This document shows, one piece after another, positions 45,125-53,199 of a stretch of 64,000 bases of DNA. The stretch spans positions 1-64,000 of IMG/VR virus record IMGVR_UViG_3300007352_000001; one strand, written 5' to 3'. The position numbers and the translations under genes were made by a program. The notes under the pieces are model-generated. The model saw only the letters and a program-made list of their open reading frames with translations, searched no databases and was not told the origin of the DNA. Position 1 is the stretch's first letter; every line of letters starts with the position of its first letter.

Positions 45125-47773
45125 ATGAGCATGAGCAACTGGTACACGGACCGCCTGAACGACGTGTCGGCGATTCGCCAGGCACACTACGGGCGCACCG
45201 ATCACGGCCGGCCGTTTCAGGTGAACGAGTCGGTGCAGCTCACCGCACGTGTGGTCACTGAGAGCGCAACGCTGCCACCCTACATCACCGGCCGCGTCAC
45301 GTCGCTCGATGAACACGGCGTGACGGTCGACTTCAGTGGCTACGGCAAGCAGCGTCTCGGCGAGGCCGTCGCGCGCGACTTCCTGGTCGGCTACCGGAAC
45401 CACACCCCGGTCGACGTCCTGTCGCGCATGATGGGCAAGGGGCCGAACAAGCTCCACGAGTTCAAGGTTGGCGACACGGTCACCGACCGCCACGGGGCGG
45501 CGTTGGTGATCGAGCGCATCGACCCGAACACGCAGACGGCGATGCTGACCGACGGCTCGCACCTCTACCCGCGGCCGATCCGCGAGTTGAAGCTGGCGGG
45601 AGGCGGCGCCGCGATCGGCGGCGGCAAGGTGGTCGCCGAGCGTGGCAAGCAGGGCAACGGCAAGCAAGGCACTCTGCAGGAAGAGGGCGAGCGCCAGACC
45701 GTTGGGTCCGACGGGATCGCGCCAGGCACGAAGGTGCGCGTCACGAGCATCGACCCGATGTTCAACCAGTGGCGCCGGTTCGCTGTGCAGCAAGGCGAAG
45801 CGGAAGGCATCGTCGGCCAGGAAGGCACCGTGATCGCCGCGATGTACCCGACGGGCGTCGGGGCCGGTGGGCAGTCGCAGGGCGAGACGATGTACCGCGT
45901 ACTCTTCCCGTTCGGCGGCAAGAAGGACCTCTCGGCGAAGGAACTCGCCATGGGGGGAATGGGCGGTGACGGCCTCGTTCGCGAGTCCGTGAACCGGGGG
46001 TTGCTTCGGCGCCCCGGCCAGCGCCCGATCGACGAATCGCTCCTAGAGGAAGGATCGGCGTTCAGTCGCCGGCACTACGAGCGCATCGCGGACCTGATCC
46101 GCGAGTCGAGCATCCCCGAGAACGATCGACACGAGATCGTGCAGAGCTTCGGCCGCACGTTCATGAACGACAATCCCTACTACGACCACGCGCGGTTCGC
46201 CTCGCGCGTGCACAACGACATGGAAGGGGCCGGTCGGCAGTCGCGCCAGGGCATCACGGCGACGCCGACGCAGCGCCACTTCGTCGAGGTGGCGCGCACG
46301 CTGCGCGAGGCGCACATCAACCAGGACTCGCGCAACAAGCTGGTCCAGGCGTTCGGTCGGCACTTCAGCGGCCTCAACGAGCGCTACAAGCACCACGTCT
46401 TCCACAAAGCCGCTGGTGGGGTCGGGGATCCGATGGCCGGGCTGCACGAGGCCGGTGGGGTGACCCAAGGCTCAGTCATTCGCCAGCCGAAGCCGGTGAC
46501 CGACAAGTCGGTCAAGGCGGCGACCAAGCCGCGGGCAATGGCGTCGAAGATCGGGCAGACCGTCAAGACCGGCGGCACGGGCGGGGTCGTGGTCGGCGAA
46601 GAGAAGGGGCTGCTCAAGGTGCTGACCGACGATGGGCGGCAGGTCTTCGTCAACGAGTCGGTGCTGATGGCGCCGGCCGGTGGCCAGGCTCGCTGGACCC
46701 CTCCGCAGACCGAGTACAACGCGCCGCCCATCGCGCTCGCGGTCGGCTCGACCATCAACTTCGATGGCCGCTCGGGCGTCGTGGTCGAGGCCGGTCCCGC
46801 CTCGTGCCGCGTCCTGATGGACAACGGTGAGGACCTCCGTGTCGCCACCCGCTCGCTCGCCCTCGCCGAGGGTGAGAAGCCGGCGTTCTTGAAGGACAAG
46901 GACGACGACAACGACGACTCGGGTTCCAAGAAGAAGGACGAGAAGTCGGGGTCCAAGGACAAGTCCGGCTCCAAGGACAAGGACGACGACGAAGACGAGG
47001 ATGAGGACGACGACAAGAAGGACGAGAGCGTCGGCATGATGGCGCCGCAGTCGATGGGCCTCACCGCACCGTCGCTCGCACGTCCGGCTGGCGCCGCCCA
47101 AGCCCTCGAAGGTCAGACGATCGACGTCGCTGGGCAGCCGGCGATGATCCTCGGATTCACCAAGTTCAACCAGGCCGGGCAACCGACCGAGGCCCGCGTC
47201 GCCTACGAAGGCGGCAAGGAAGGGCTCGTCACGCTCGCAGAGAAGCGCGTGGACGAGTCGATGCAACTCGCCAAAGGGCTGACTCGCCGGCTCATGCGGG
47301 CGGACAACGCTGCGCGTGTGAGCGCGCAGAGCGGCACGGTCGACCGCCAGGTCGCCCAGGTCGCCGCCCGTCTGCGCCCAGTCAGCGAGAACAACCATCG
47401 CGCCCGCGCGGTCGACCTCGACCAGAGCAACGCGCTGGCGATGTCCGCGATCCAGCCGAACGGCCAGATCGTGAACCCGGAGATGGCCCAAGCGCTCGCC
47501 ATGGTGCAAACCAAGCTCGGCAACTCGCCGGCCGTCAAGCAGGCGGAAGGTGTCCTCGCTGGCGTGCGCCAGCCGGGCGCGGCATCGCCCAAGGCGATGA
47601 GCGAGGAGCAACTCAGCGAGGAGCGTCGCCGCGCGCTCACACGCGGCCTCGTGCGCAGCGTGAAGGAAGGCAAGGGCTTCAGCCCCTCGCGGCCGATCGT
47701 CACCTCGACGGGCACGGCCGTCACCGAAGACGTGCTCGCCGGGGCGCAGTTTGTCCCGAACACCGAGATCTGA
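45125..47773 (+). CDS. large multi-module protein (several KOW/SH3-like barrels, a duplicated helical domain, many hydrophobic-x-E sites); candidate prohead-core polyprotein
   Basis: GGAGG RBS; FKVGDTV, IAPGTKVRV, KIGQTV, LAVGSTI, LEGQTI starts; VNES/VTES/VRES/IDES/VDES; D/K-rich stretch. Confidence 0.75.
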   Translation: MSMSNWYTDRLNDVSAIRQAHYGRTDHGRPFQVNESVQLTARVVTESATLPPYITGRVTSLDEHGVTVDFSGYGKQRLGEAVARDFLVGYRNHTPVDVLSRMMGKGPNKLHEFKVGDTVTDRHGAALVIERIDPNTQTAMLTDGSHLYPRPIRELKLAGGGAAIGGGKVVAERGKQGNGKQGTLQEEGERQTVGSDGIAPGTKVRVTSIDPMFNQWRRFAVQQGEAEGIVGQEGTVIAAMYPTGVGAGGQSQGETMYRVLFPFGGKKDLSAKELAMGGMGGDGLVRESVNRGLLRRPGQRPIDESLLEEGSAFSRRHYERIADLIRESSIPENDRHEIVQSFGRTFMNDNPYYDHARFASRVHNDMEGAGRQSRQGITATPTQRHFVEVARTLREAHINQDSRNKLVQAFGRHFSGLNERYKHHVFHKAAGGVGDPMAGLHEAGGVTQGSVIRQPKPVTDKSVKAATKPRAMASKIGQTVKTGGTGGVVVGEEKGLLKVLTDDGRQVFVNESVLMAPAGGQARWTPPQTEYNAPPIALAVGSTINFDGRSGVVVEAGPASCRVLMDNGEDLRVATRSLALAEGEKPAFLKDKDDDNDDSGSKKKDEKSGSKDKSGSKDKDDDEDEDEDDDKKDESVGMMAPQSMGLTAPSLARPAGAAQALEGQTIDVAGQPAMILGFTKFNQAGQPTEARVAYEGGKEGLVTLAEKRVDESMQLAKGLTRRLMRADNAARVSAQSGTVDRQVAQVAARLRPVSENNHRARAVDLDQSNALAMSAIQPNGQIVNPEMAQALAMVQTKLGNSPAVKQAEGVLAGVRQPGAASPKAMSEEQLSEERRRALTRGLVRSVKEGKGFSPSRPIVTSTGTAVTEDVLAGAQFVPNTEI

Positions 47774-47831
47774 TCACTCGGCCGCTCACCCGCGGCCAAC
47801 AGCAACCCCTGATGTGGGGAGGAGGTGGGTC

Positions 47832-48209
47832 ATGTTGAAGGCCACTCGGGATCGCTCACTGGTGGCGGTCCTCCTGGTGCTGCTGGCGTTTGCGAACGCC
47901 AGCTGTTCGGCCATGCCCTCGTGGCTCGGCGGCACGACGCCGCAGACGCTCGATGAGGGGATTGCCACCGGCTACGTCACCCTGACGGCAGCCAATCGGA
48001 CGTTCGCCACGCTGGTCCAGTCCAAGGTGTTCAGCCCTGAAGACGCGCAGTCCGTGTCGAAGGAGTTGGACAACGCCGGCTTGTACCTGCGCCAGGCGAA
48101 GGGCGCGCTCGCCAACAAGGATCCGGACTCCGCAGAGGAGTATCTGAGCCTGGCGACGCAGATTCTCCAGCTCGTGAACAACGAGCTGGCCAAGCGGTCG
48201 GCGAAGTAG
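47832..48209 (+). CDS. putative lipoprotein
   Basis: GGAGG RBS; hydrophobic signal ending ANAS-C. Confidence 0.65.
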   Translation: MLKATRDRSLVAVLLVLLAFANASCSAMPSWLGGTTPQTLDEGIATGYVTLTAANRTFATLVQSKVFSPEDAQSVSKELDNAGLYLRQAKGALANKDPDSAEEYLSLATQILQLVNNELAKRSAK

Positions 48210-48246
48210 TTCACCCGGAACGTTGGGTGGTGGAGGAGGTGAGGTC

Positions 48247-48468
48247 ATGAATCCGGAAATGATCGCGCAGATCATTCAGTACATCCTGCTCGGGATCCAG
48301 GTCTCCGAGCAGCTGCTGAAGGCGTCCGCAGAGTTGAAGGACGTCCTGGCAACCGCTCGCGCCGCGGGCGGGGTCACCGACGAGCAGTGGGCTGAACTGG
48401 AAGCCAAGCTCGCCGACGCGGAAGCGGCACGGCGCGCAGCCGTCGCACAGGCGGCGGACGGCCAGTAA
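48247..48468 (+). CDS. small helical protein, likely partner of the lipoprotein
   Basis: GGAGG RBS. Confidence 0.6.
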   Translation: MNPEMIAQIIQYILLGIQVSEQLLKASAELKDVLATARAAGGVTDEQWAELEAKLADAEAARRAAVAQAADGQ

Positions 48469-48470
48469 CC

Positions 48471-49079
48471 GTGTGGTTGCTGGGCCTCGCGGCCTGGTTC
48501 TTCCTGTGCGAGCCGGCGTGGGCACAAGAGCCTACGCCGGCTCCAACAGGTGCCGCCGCAGAATACGACCGCAGCGCGTGGCCGCTGTGGACTGATGAAG
48601 ATCGAGATCGGGAGGACGCGCGCACGGAGGTGCTGATTCGCGACTCACTGATCCCGCCGCGCGTGTTCGTGAACAACCGCGGCAACCGATTGGTCAGCGA
48701 GGGCGTGTGGGTCTGTCCCTACACTGGACAGGTCATGACCGACCCGCGCCAACTCGACATCGACCACATGGTACCGCTCGGCTACGCGTTCCACGCGGGC
48801 GGCAAGGACTGGACGCGTGAGCAGCGCCAGGCCTATGCGAACTGGCTCCAAGATCCGAATCACCTGAAAGCGGTGAGCGCCTCAGCCAATCGCTCGAAGA
48901 GCGATCAAGGTCCGGCCGAGTGGAAGCCGCCGCTGAAGACGACCTGGTGCGAGTACGCGATTGCGTTCGCGGAGGTCGCGACCACGTGGCACTTGACGTT
49001 GCCGCCGGCTGATGCGCATGCGATCGTCGAGATGATCGCGACCTGCCCGCTCTCCAACCGGTGGGATCTCCGCGAGTAA
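48471..49079 (+). CDS. secreted HNH-type nuclease (DUF1524-like)
   Basis: Signal peptide; CPYTG, DIDHMVPL, AVSASANRSKSDQGP.EW.PP..WCEYA. Confidence 0.85.
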   Translation: MWLLGLAAWFFLCEPAWAQEPTPAPTGAAAEYDRSAWPLWTDEDRDREDARTEVLIRDSLIPPRVFVNNRGNRLVSEGVWVCPYTGQVMTDPRQLDIDHMVPLGYAFHAGGKDWTREQRQAYANWLQDPNHLKAVSASANRSKSDQGPAEWKPPLKTTWCEYAIAFAEVATTWHLTLPPADAHAIVEMIATCPLSNRWDLRE

Positions 49080-49163
49080 CACGATCGACGAAGTGCCGGC
49101 TCTAGCTACGCCGCCGGCAAGCAGGTAGAGCAGAGCAGAGACGTCGCTCGGCCAGATGGAGAC

Positions 49164-49241
49164 CGGGGTGTAGGGCAGCCAGGCCAGCCCACCTGCCTTG
49201 GGAGCAGGTTGCCGCAGGTTCAAATCCTGCCACCCCGACCA
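49164..49241 (+). tRNA. tRNA-Pro(TGG), CCA encoded
   Basis: Acceptor CGGGGTG/CACCCCG; anticodon arm CCTGC-CTTGGGA-GCAGG; GGTTCAAATCC T-arm. Confidence 0.93.
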
Positions 49242-49242
49242 T

Positions 49243-50037
49243 CTAGGCGACGACCCGATCGACGCGCTTCACGGGCGCATCAACGGCGTAGAGCGGTGAC
49301 AAGTGCCGCGGCTTCATGGTCGCGATGAAGTGCTCGCGCCAGCCGCGGGCAAACGCATCGAGATCCTCGATCGACTGCACCACGAGCTGTCCGTGCGCCG
49401 CGTGCCGGATGCTGGTGCGCACCACCTGCTGCGCCAGCTCGTGCGCTTCGCTCCAGGTCGCCGTGCGGCCGAGGTAGGTGTCGATGCGCTCCCAGAGCTG
49501 CTCGCGCTTCTCGGGGGGAATCACCCGAGCGTGTCGATCCAAGGCTGAGGCCGACCGGATGGCCTTGCCGCGGGTGCGGTCCTCCTCGGAGACGTCCTCG
49601 ACCGGCGCGCCAGGCTTCGGGATGTTCAGTGCCGCGGCGATCTCACAGCGGCGCTGATGGGCGAGCTGCTCGTAGCGCTCGTGGCAGTCGACACAGAGCG
49701 CGACGACGTCGTACGAGTTTCGAGAGCCCAGGCGGTTGGGAAACCACCGCCGGTAGCAGTACGGCACGATGTGGTGCTTGGTGAGCCGCTCAGTGACTCC
49801 ACAGACGGCGCAGTGGTTCGCCCGCGGCAAGAGCATGTAGGCGTTGCCCTTGTCGCCCGGACCGTTCGGCTCGAAGGTGAGCCGGATCTGCTTGTCGCCG
49901 ACGTACTCGGCGAGGTTGTTGCGCAGGTAGAAGTTCACCTTGCGCTGTGATGCTCGACACAATGGCTCCCCCTCACGGGTGAGGATCAACCAGTTGTCGA
50001 ACAGGACCCCCCGCCTCGCCTTCAACCGCCACCGCAT
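49243..50037 (-). CDS. HNH-like protein resembling the EXD2 C-terminal domain
   Basis: G.PLC....K..FY, RLTFEP, CAVCG, HHIVPYCYRRWFP, NSYDVVALCVDCH, HG..VV, WREHF..MKPRHL. Confidence 0.75.
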   Translation of the reverse strand: MRWRLKARRGVLFDNWLILTREGEPLCRASQRKVNFYLRNNLAEYVGDKQIRLTFEPNGPGDKGNAYMLLPRANHCAVCGVTERLTKHHIVPYCYRRWFPNRLGSRNSYDVVALCVDCHERYEQLAHQRRCEIAAALNIPKPGAPVEDVSEEDRTRGKAIRSASALDRHARVIPPEKREQLWERIDTYLGRTATWSEAHELAQQVVRTSIRHAAHGQLVVQSIEDLDAFARGWREHFIATMKPRHLSPLYAVDAPVKRVDRVVA

Positions 50038-50057
50038 GGCACAGGAGAATAGGCACG

Positions 50058-50321
50058 ATGGCCGACCGCGTCCAGGTCCAGTCAGAAACGACCACCTCCG
50101 TCGGTGTTGGGCCTGGTCTGGTGCGCCCGTTGGCGCTGCAGCACAGCGGCCTCGCTGACGAGTTCTTCCACCGCTTCGGCCGCATGCACCCCGGCGGCAT
50201 CCAACAGGCCTTCTCCGACTTTGCCCACGCGCGCGACCTCTCCAGGGACGACGCCGAACAGTTGCGCACCCGGCTGCATCAGGTGTACGGTCTCACCGGC
50301 ATTGCGACGCGTGTCTGGTGA
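50058..50321 (+). CDS. hypothetical protein
   Basis: AGGAG upstream; first gene before the tag array. Confidence 0.55.
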   Translation: MADRVQVQSETTTSVGVGPGLVRPLALQHSGLADEFFHRFGRMHPGGIQQAFSDFAHARDLSRDDAEQLRTRLHQVYGLTGIATRVW

Positions 50322-50330
50322 GGTGAGGGC

Positions 50331-50555
50331 ATGGGTGAGGGTGGGGACTTTTCCTTTGTCGATCTAGGAGAGCAGTGCACCAGCGACCGCGCGCTGGCGA
50401 TCCGGTTCCTCTGGGAGAGCATGCAGGCCGGCCTCATGCAGCTAGACGAAGTGCGCGCCGGCCTCGACCTCCCACTGATCGGGCAGCCGCCTGGCCGTGT
50501 TGGTGACTTCTCGAAGAGCGGTCCAGCGCCGCTCAGCTTGCCAGGATACTGCTGA
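50331..50555 (+). CDS. tag-array protein 1 (tail GRVGDFSKSGPAPLSLPGYC)
   Basis: Shared C-terminal motif; TGATG coupling. Confidence 0.7.
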   Translation: MGEGGDFSFVDLGEQCTSDRALAIRFLWESMQAGLMQLDEVRAGLDLPLIGQPPGRVGDFSKSGPAPLSLPGYC

Positions 50556-50905
50556 TGCTCACGCGCAAGCGTCTGCTCGCCGCGGTGAAGTACCCGACCC
50601 GGTACGATGACCGCTGGCGTGAAGAGAGCTGGCCGGTCATCCGGTTCACGACCGACCAGATGTCCGAGCTGAAGCTAGGGGATCGCATCAGTGTCGACGT
50701 CGGCAAGGCGAGACAGAGCCGCATCTACGTCGTCGACTCGATCACGCACACCCCCGAGGGCGGGACCAACATCAGTGCCCACATGCCGATTCTCGGCGAC
50801 GCACCAGGTGAGAAGACCTACGACGTCTTGCTCGGGCCACCGAAAGGGCGTGTCGGGTTCTTCTCGAACGACGGCCCCGCGCCGAAGACTGCGAGCTGTC
50901 CGTGA
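50555..50905 (+). CDS. tag-array protein 2 (tail GRVGFFSNDGPAPKTASCP)
   Basis: Shared C-terminal motif. Confidence 0.75.
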   Translation: MLTRKRLLAAVKYPTRYDDRWREESWPVIRFTTDQMSELKLGDRISVDVGKARQSRIYVVDSITHTPEGGTNISAHMPILGDAPGEKTYDVLLGPPKGRVGFFSNDGPAPKTASCP

Positions 50906-51139
50906 ATGGGCGATCGCCTTCCAGATTTCTTCCACAACGGCACGTTCGACTTCGAGCCGCTGACGCGGCATCTCGACGAACTCGGTTGGCAGACCGAGGC
51001 CGCAATGCGTCAGTTCGCGCGATTGGCGGCGCTCGCTTTCCGTATTCCCGAGGAGTACCTCGTGCCGCCGATCCCGACTGGGAGAGTGGGGTCGTACTCG
51101 GAGGGTGGACCAGCGGCGCGCACAGCACTGCGGCCATGA
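50906..51139 (+). CDS. tag-array protein 3 (tail GRVGSYSEGGPAARTALRP)
   Basis: Shared motif; ATG directly after the previous stop. Confidence 0.75.
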   Translation: MGDRLPDFFHNGTFDFEPLTRHLDELGWQTEAAMRQFARLAALAFRIPEEYLVPPIPTGRVGSYSEGGPAARTALRP

Positions 51140-51366
51140 TCCCGAAGGGCGAGAAGCCGTTGACGCGCAACCAGCAACGCATCGTCAACGCGCTGAAGGT
51201 CATCGGTGAGAAGGGCCTCCTCGATCATCCAGTAGAAGATTTGACCGAGAGCGAAGACGTGCGCAGAGCTGTGGCAGTGCTCAAGAAGTTCTTGGTGCCG
51301 AAGAACGGCCGCGTCGGGTACTACTCGCAGCACGGACCGGCGAAGTCGACGAGTCGCTTCCCATGA
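51136..51366 (+). CDS. tag-array protein 4 (tail GRVGYYSQHGPAKSTSRFP)
   Basis: Shared motif; ATGA coupling. Confidence 0.75.
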   Translation: MIPKGEKPLTRNQQRIVNALKVIGEKGLLDHPVEDLTESEDVRRAVAVLKKFLVPKNGRVGYYSQHGPAKSTSRFP

Positions 51367-51635
51367 GCGGCAGCGGACCGGTGATGACGTGCGTCCAGTG
51401 CGGGAAGATCGGTCTGTTCCTACGCTCGGACAACCTCTGCGATCACTGCTGGAAGCAGCTCATGCACGCTCGTAACTACGGGATGACCGGCAGGCAGTTC
51501 CGAGACATCATCGAGGCGAGCCACATCGCGATGCCGGCGCCGATCCCTGACTGGATCACGGTGCTATTCCCAGCGGGGCGCGTCGGCTTCTTCTCGCAGT
51601 TCGGGCCGGCGCTGCGTACCGACACGCACCCATGA
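51363..51635 (+). CDS. tag-array protein 5, zinc ribbon (tail GRVGFFSQFGPALRTDTHP)
   Basis: CVQC...CDHC; shared motif; ATGA coupling. Confidence 0.75.
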   Translation: MSGSGPVMTCVQCGKIGLFLRSDNLCDHCWKQLMHARNYGMTGRQFRDIIEASHIAMPAPIPDWITVLFPAGRVGFFSQFGPALRTDTHP

Positions 51636-51904
51636 AAGACGCCCCGCCACCGAAAGGGGTCGTCTGGGTCGACCGGGAGGGCGTCCGCGTCCAGAACATC
51701 GAGGACTTCGAGTGGTACCGTGAGCACATCGAGAAGCCGCTGAAGGCTCTCATGGAACGCTCCGGCCAAGAGGTCATCCCCCTACGTGGATGGACGTTCA
51801 CGCCGGACGGCAAGTGGGCGATCAGCAAGAAGCTCCCTGTGCACGGAAGCGCCGGTTCCTATTCGATCAACGGTCCGGCAGACTCGACGAAGACATGTCC
51901 TTGA
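51632..51904 (+). CDS. tag-array protein 6 (tail GSAGSYSINGPADSTKTCP)
   Basis: Shared motif variant; ATGA coupling. Confidence 0.72.
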   Translation: MKDAPPPKGVVWVDREGVRVQNIEDFEWYREHIEKPLKALMERSGQEVIPLRGWTFTPDGKWAISKKLPVHGSAGSYSINGPADSTKTCP

Positions 51905-52194
51905 TCGACGAGTTCCCAGCCTTGCGCGGCTGGTACAAGATCACGCCACAGGCGGTCGAGTTGCGTGGCCGGGGAATCTCGCCGCTTGCGCCGATACATG
52001 TGTGTACCGGTCCGCCGGTGATCGAGTGCCAGTTTGACGACGATCGCTTGAAGCTCGAAGAATACCTGCGCCGGCAGATGAACGAGGAAGCCTGGCGGCT
52101 CGACATGCAGCTGCGACACTTCCGTGGGCGGCTAGGAAGCGTCGGCTCGTTTTCGCTCCAAGGACCTGCGCCGCGAACGGAGAACTACCCGTGA
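51895..52194 (+). CDS. tag-array protein 7 (tail GSVGSFSLQGPAPRTENYP)
   Basis: Shared motif variant; 10-nt overlap. Confidence 0.72.
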   Translation: MSLIDEFPALRGWYKITPQAVELRGRGISPLAPIHVCTGPPVIECQFDDDRLKLEEYLRRQMNEEAWRLDMQLRHFRGRLGSVGSFSLQGPAPRTENYP

Positions 52195-52379
52195 TGGACT
52201 CTGGGACGACCTATAAGCGTGGCCCTGCCCGCACCGGTGGTGAACAAGACGTGATCTCGCGCCGCTGGCGCAAGATGCTCTGCTACTGCGTCCGCACGGG
52301 CGTCACGGCGAAGATCAAGCGCGGCATCCGCCGCCGCGAACGCCGCGAGGGGCGGCACGAGGCACAGAGCGAATGGTAA
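52194..52379 (+). CDS. small basic hypothetical protein
   Basis: TGATG coupling; Arg-rich. Confidence 0.55.
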   Translation: MDSGTTYKRGPARTGGEQDVISRRWRKMLCYCVRTGVTAKIKRGIRRRERREGRHEAQSEW

Positions 52380-52966
52380 ACGAACGCTTCTTCGATCGCT
52401 CCGGGCCAGATGGGCTCGAAGGTGGGCAGGGCGGGGTCGCTGGCGGCTCTCCTAACTCCGAGTTCTCCGGTGGTGGCGCGAACAGCCAAGCCGGTCGTTG
52501 TCCGAGCTGCAACGCCAACTTCCCAGTCGACGATCCGAACCGGACGACGTTCTGCCCTGAGTGCGGGCAGCAGCGGCAGGGCGTGGTGGCGACGGCGGCA
52601 GCCCAGCAGCGCGGCGGGTGGGGCGTCTACGGCACTGGCCGGCCGGGCTATCTGCGTGTACCGGGCGGGCCGATCTCGACCAATGAAATGGCCGGCAAGC
52701 TCCGGCTCAAGTATCTCGGCGGCAATCTCTTCGAGATGGAGATGCAGGGCGCGACGCTCGAACACGCGCTCTCATCGTCGCACTCGGTGATGTCGCATCG
52801 CCTGCGGGCTCTTGGTATGAACCAGGATCGCGTGATGCAGACGCTGATCCACTGGCTCTTCAACGAGGCCAAGGCGGGACAGGAGTACGTGTGGGATCTC
52901 GCAGGCGGCACGCGTATGGTGGTCGACGAACGCGGTTTTCGTCGCCACGTCGAAGTTTCGGAATAA
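52373..52966 (+). CDS. zinc-ribbon hypothetical protein
   Basis: CPSC...CPECG. Confidence 0.65.
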   Translation: MVNERFFDRSGPDGLEGGQGGVAGGSPNSEFSGGGANSQAGRCPSCNANFPVDDPNRTTFCPECGQQRQGVVATAAAQQRGGWGVYGTGRPGYLRVPGGPISTNEMAGKLRLKYLGGNLFEMEMQGATLEHALSSSHSVMSHRLRALGMNQDRVMQTLIHWLFNEAKAGQEYVWDLAGGTRMVVDERGFRRHVEVSE

Positions 52967-53199
52967 CCGACGACTTCGACGACGTCCCGGAGTTGAACAG
53001 CCTCCCGAAGCTCGACATCGAGTTCGCCCCGCCGGTGAAGCGCCGCTCGCGGCGACTCGACGGCTGGACGCACCAAGACAGACCCTTGCGTGTCGAGGGC
53101 GTCGCCCCACCAGCAATCGACCGGCGCAAGCCGTTGCGCCGCGGACAAGTCGGCTACGCCTCGCGTGGCCGGCGCAAGAGGACGATCGACGATGCGTGA
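52963..53199 (+). CDS. small protein with GQVGYASR motif; apparent ATA start
   Basis: In-frame ATA overlaps the upstream TAA (ATAA); fills the gap exactly. Confidence 0.4.
   Translation: MTDDFDDVPELNSLPKLDIEFAPPVKRRSRRLDGWTHQDRPLRVEGVAPPAIDRRKPLRRGQVGYASRGRRKRTIDDA

Noticed and set aside
50902-51135. Long start for array gene 4 (50902..51366)
   Set aside because: It would overlap gene 3 entirely; ATG 51136 fits the ATGA coupling pattern.
50493-52194. The array tails as a DNA repeat, integron attC site or CRISPR-like array
   Set aside because: Third codon positions vary freely, there is no palindrome or constant spacer length, and no integrase or cas gene is in the window.
50493-52194. RVG[FY] as a glycyl-radical motif, or GP as a 2A-like skipping signal
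   Set aside because: Glycyl-radical enzymes use RVxG[YF] with different spacing and no activase is seen; 2A needs D-x-E-x-N-P-G-P and works on eukaryotic ribosomes.
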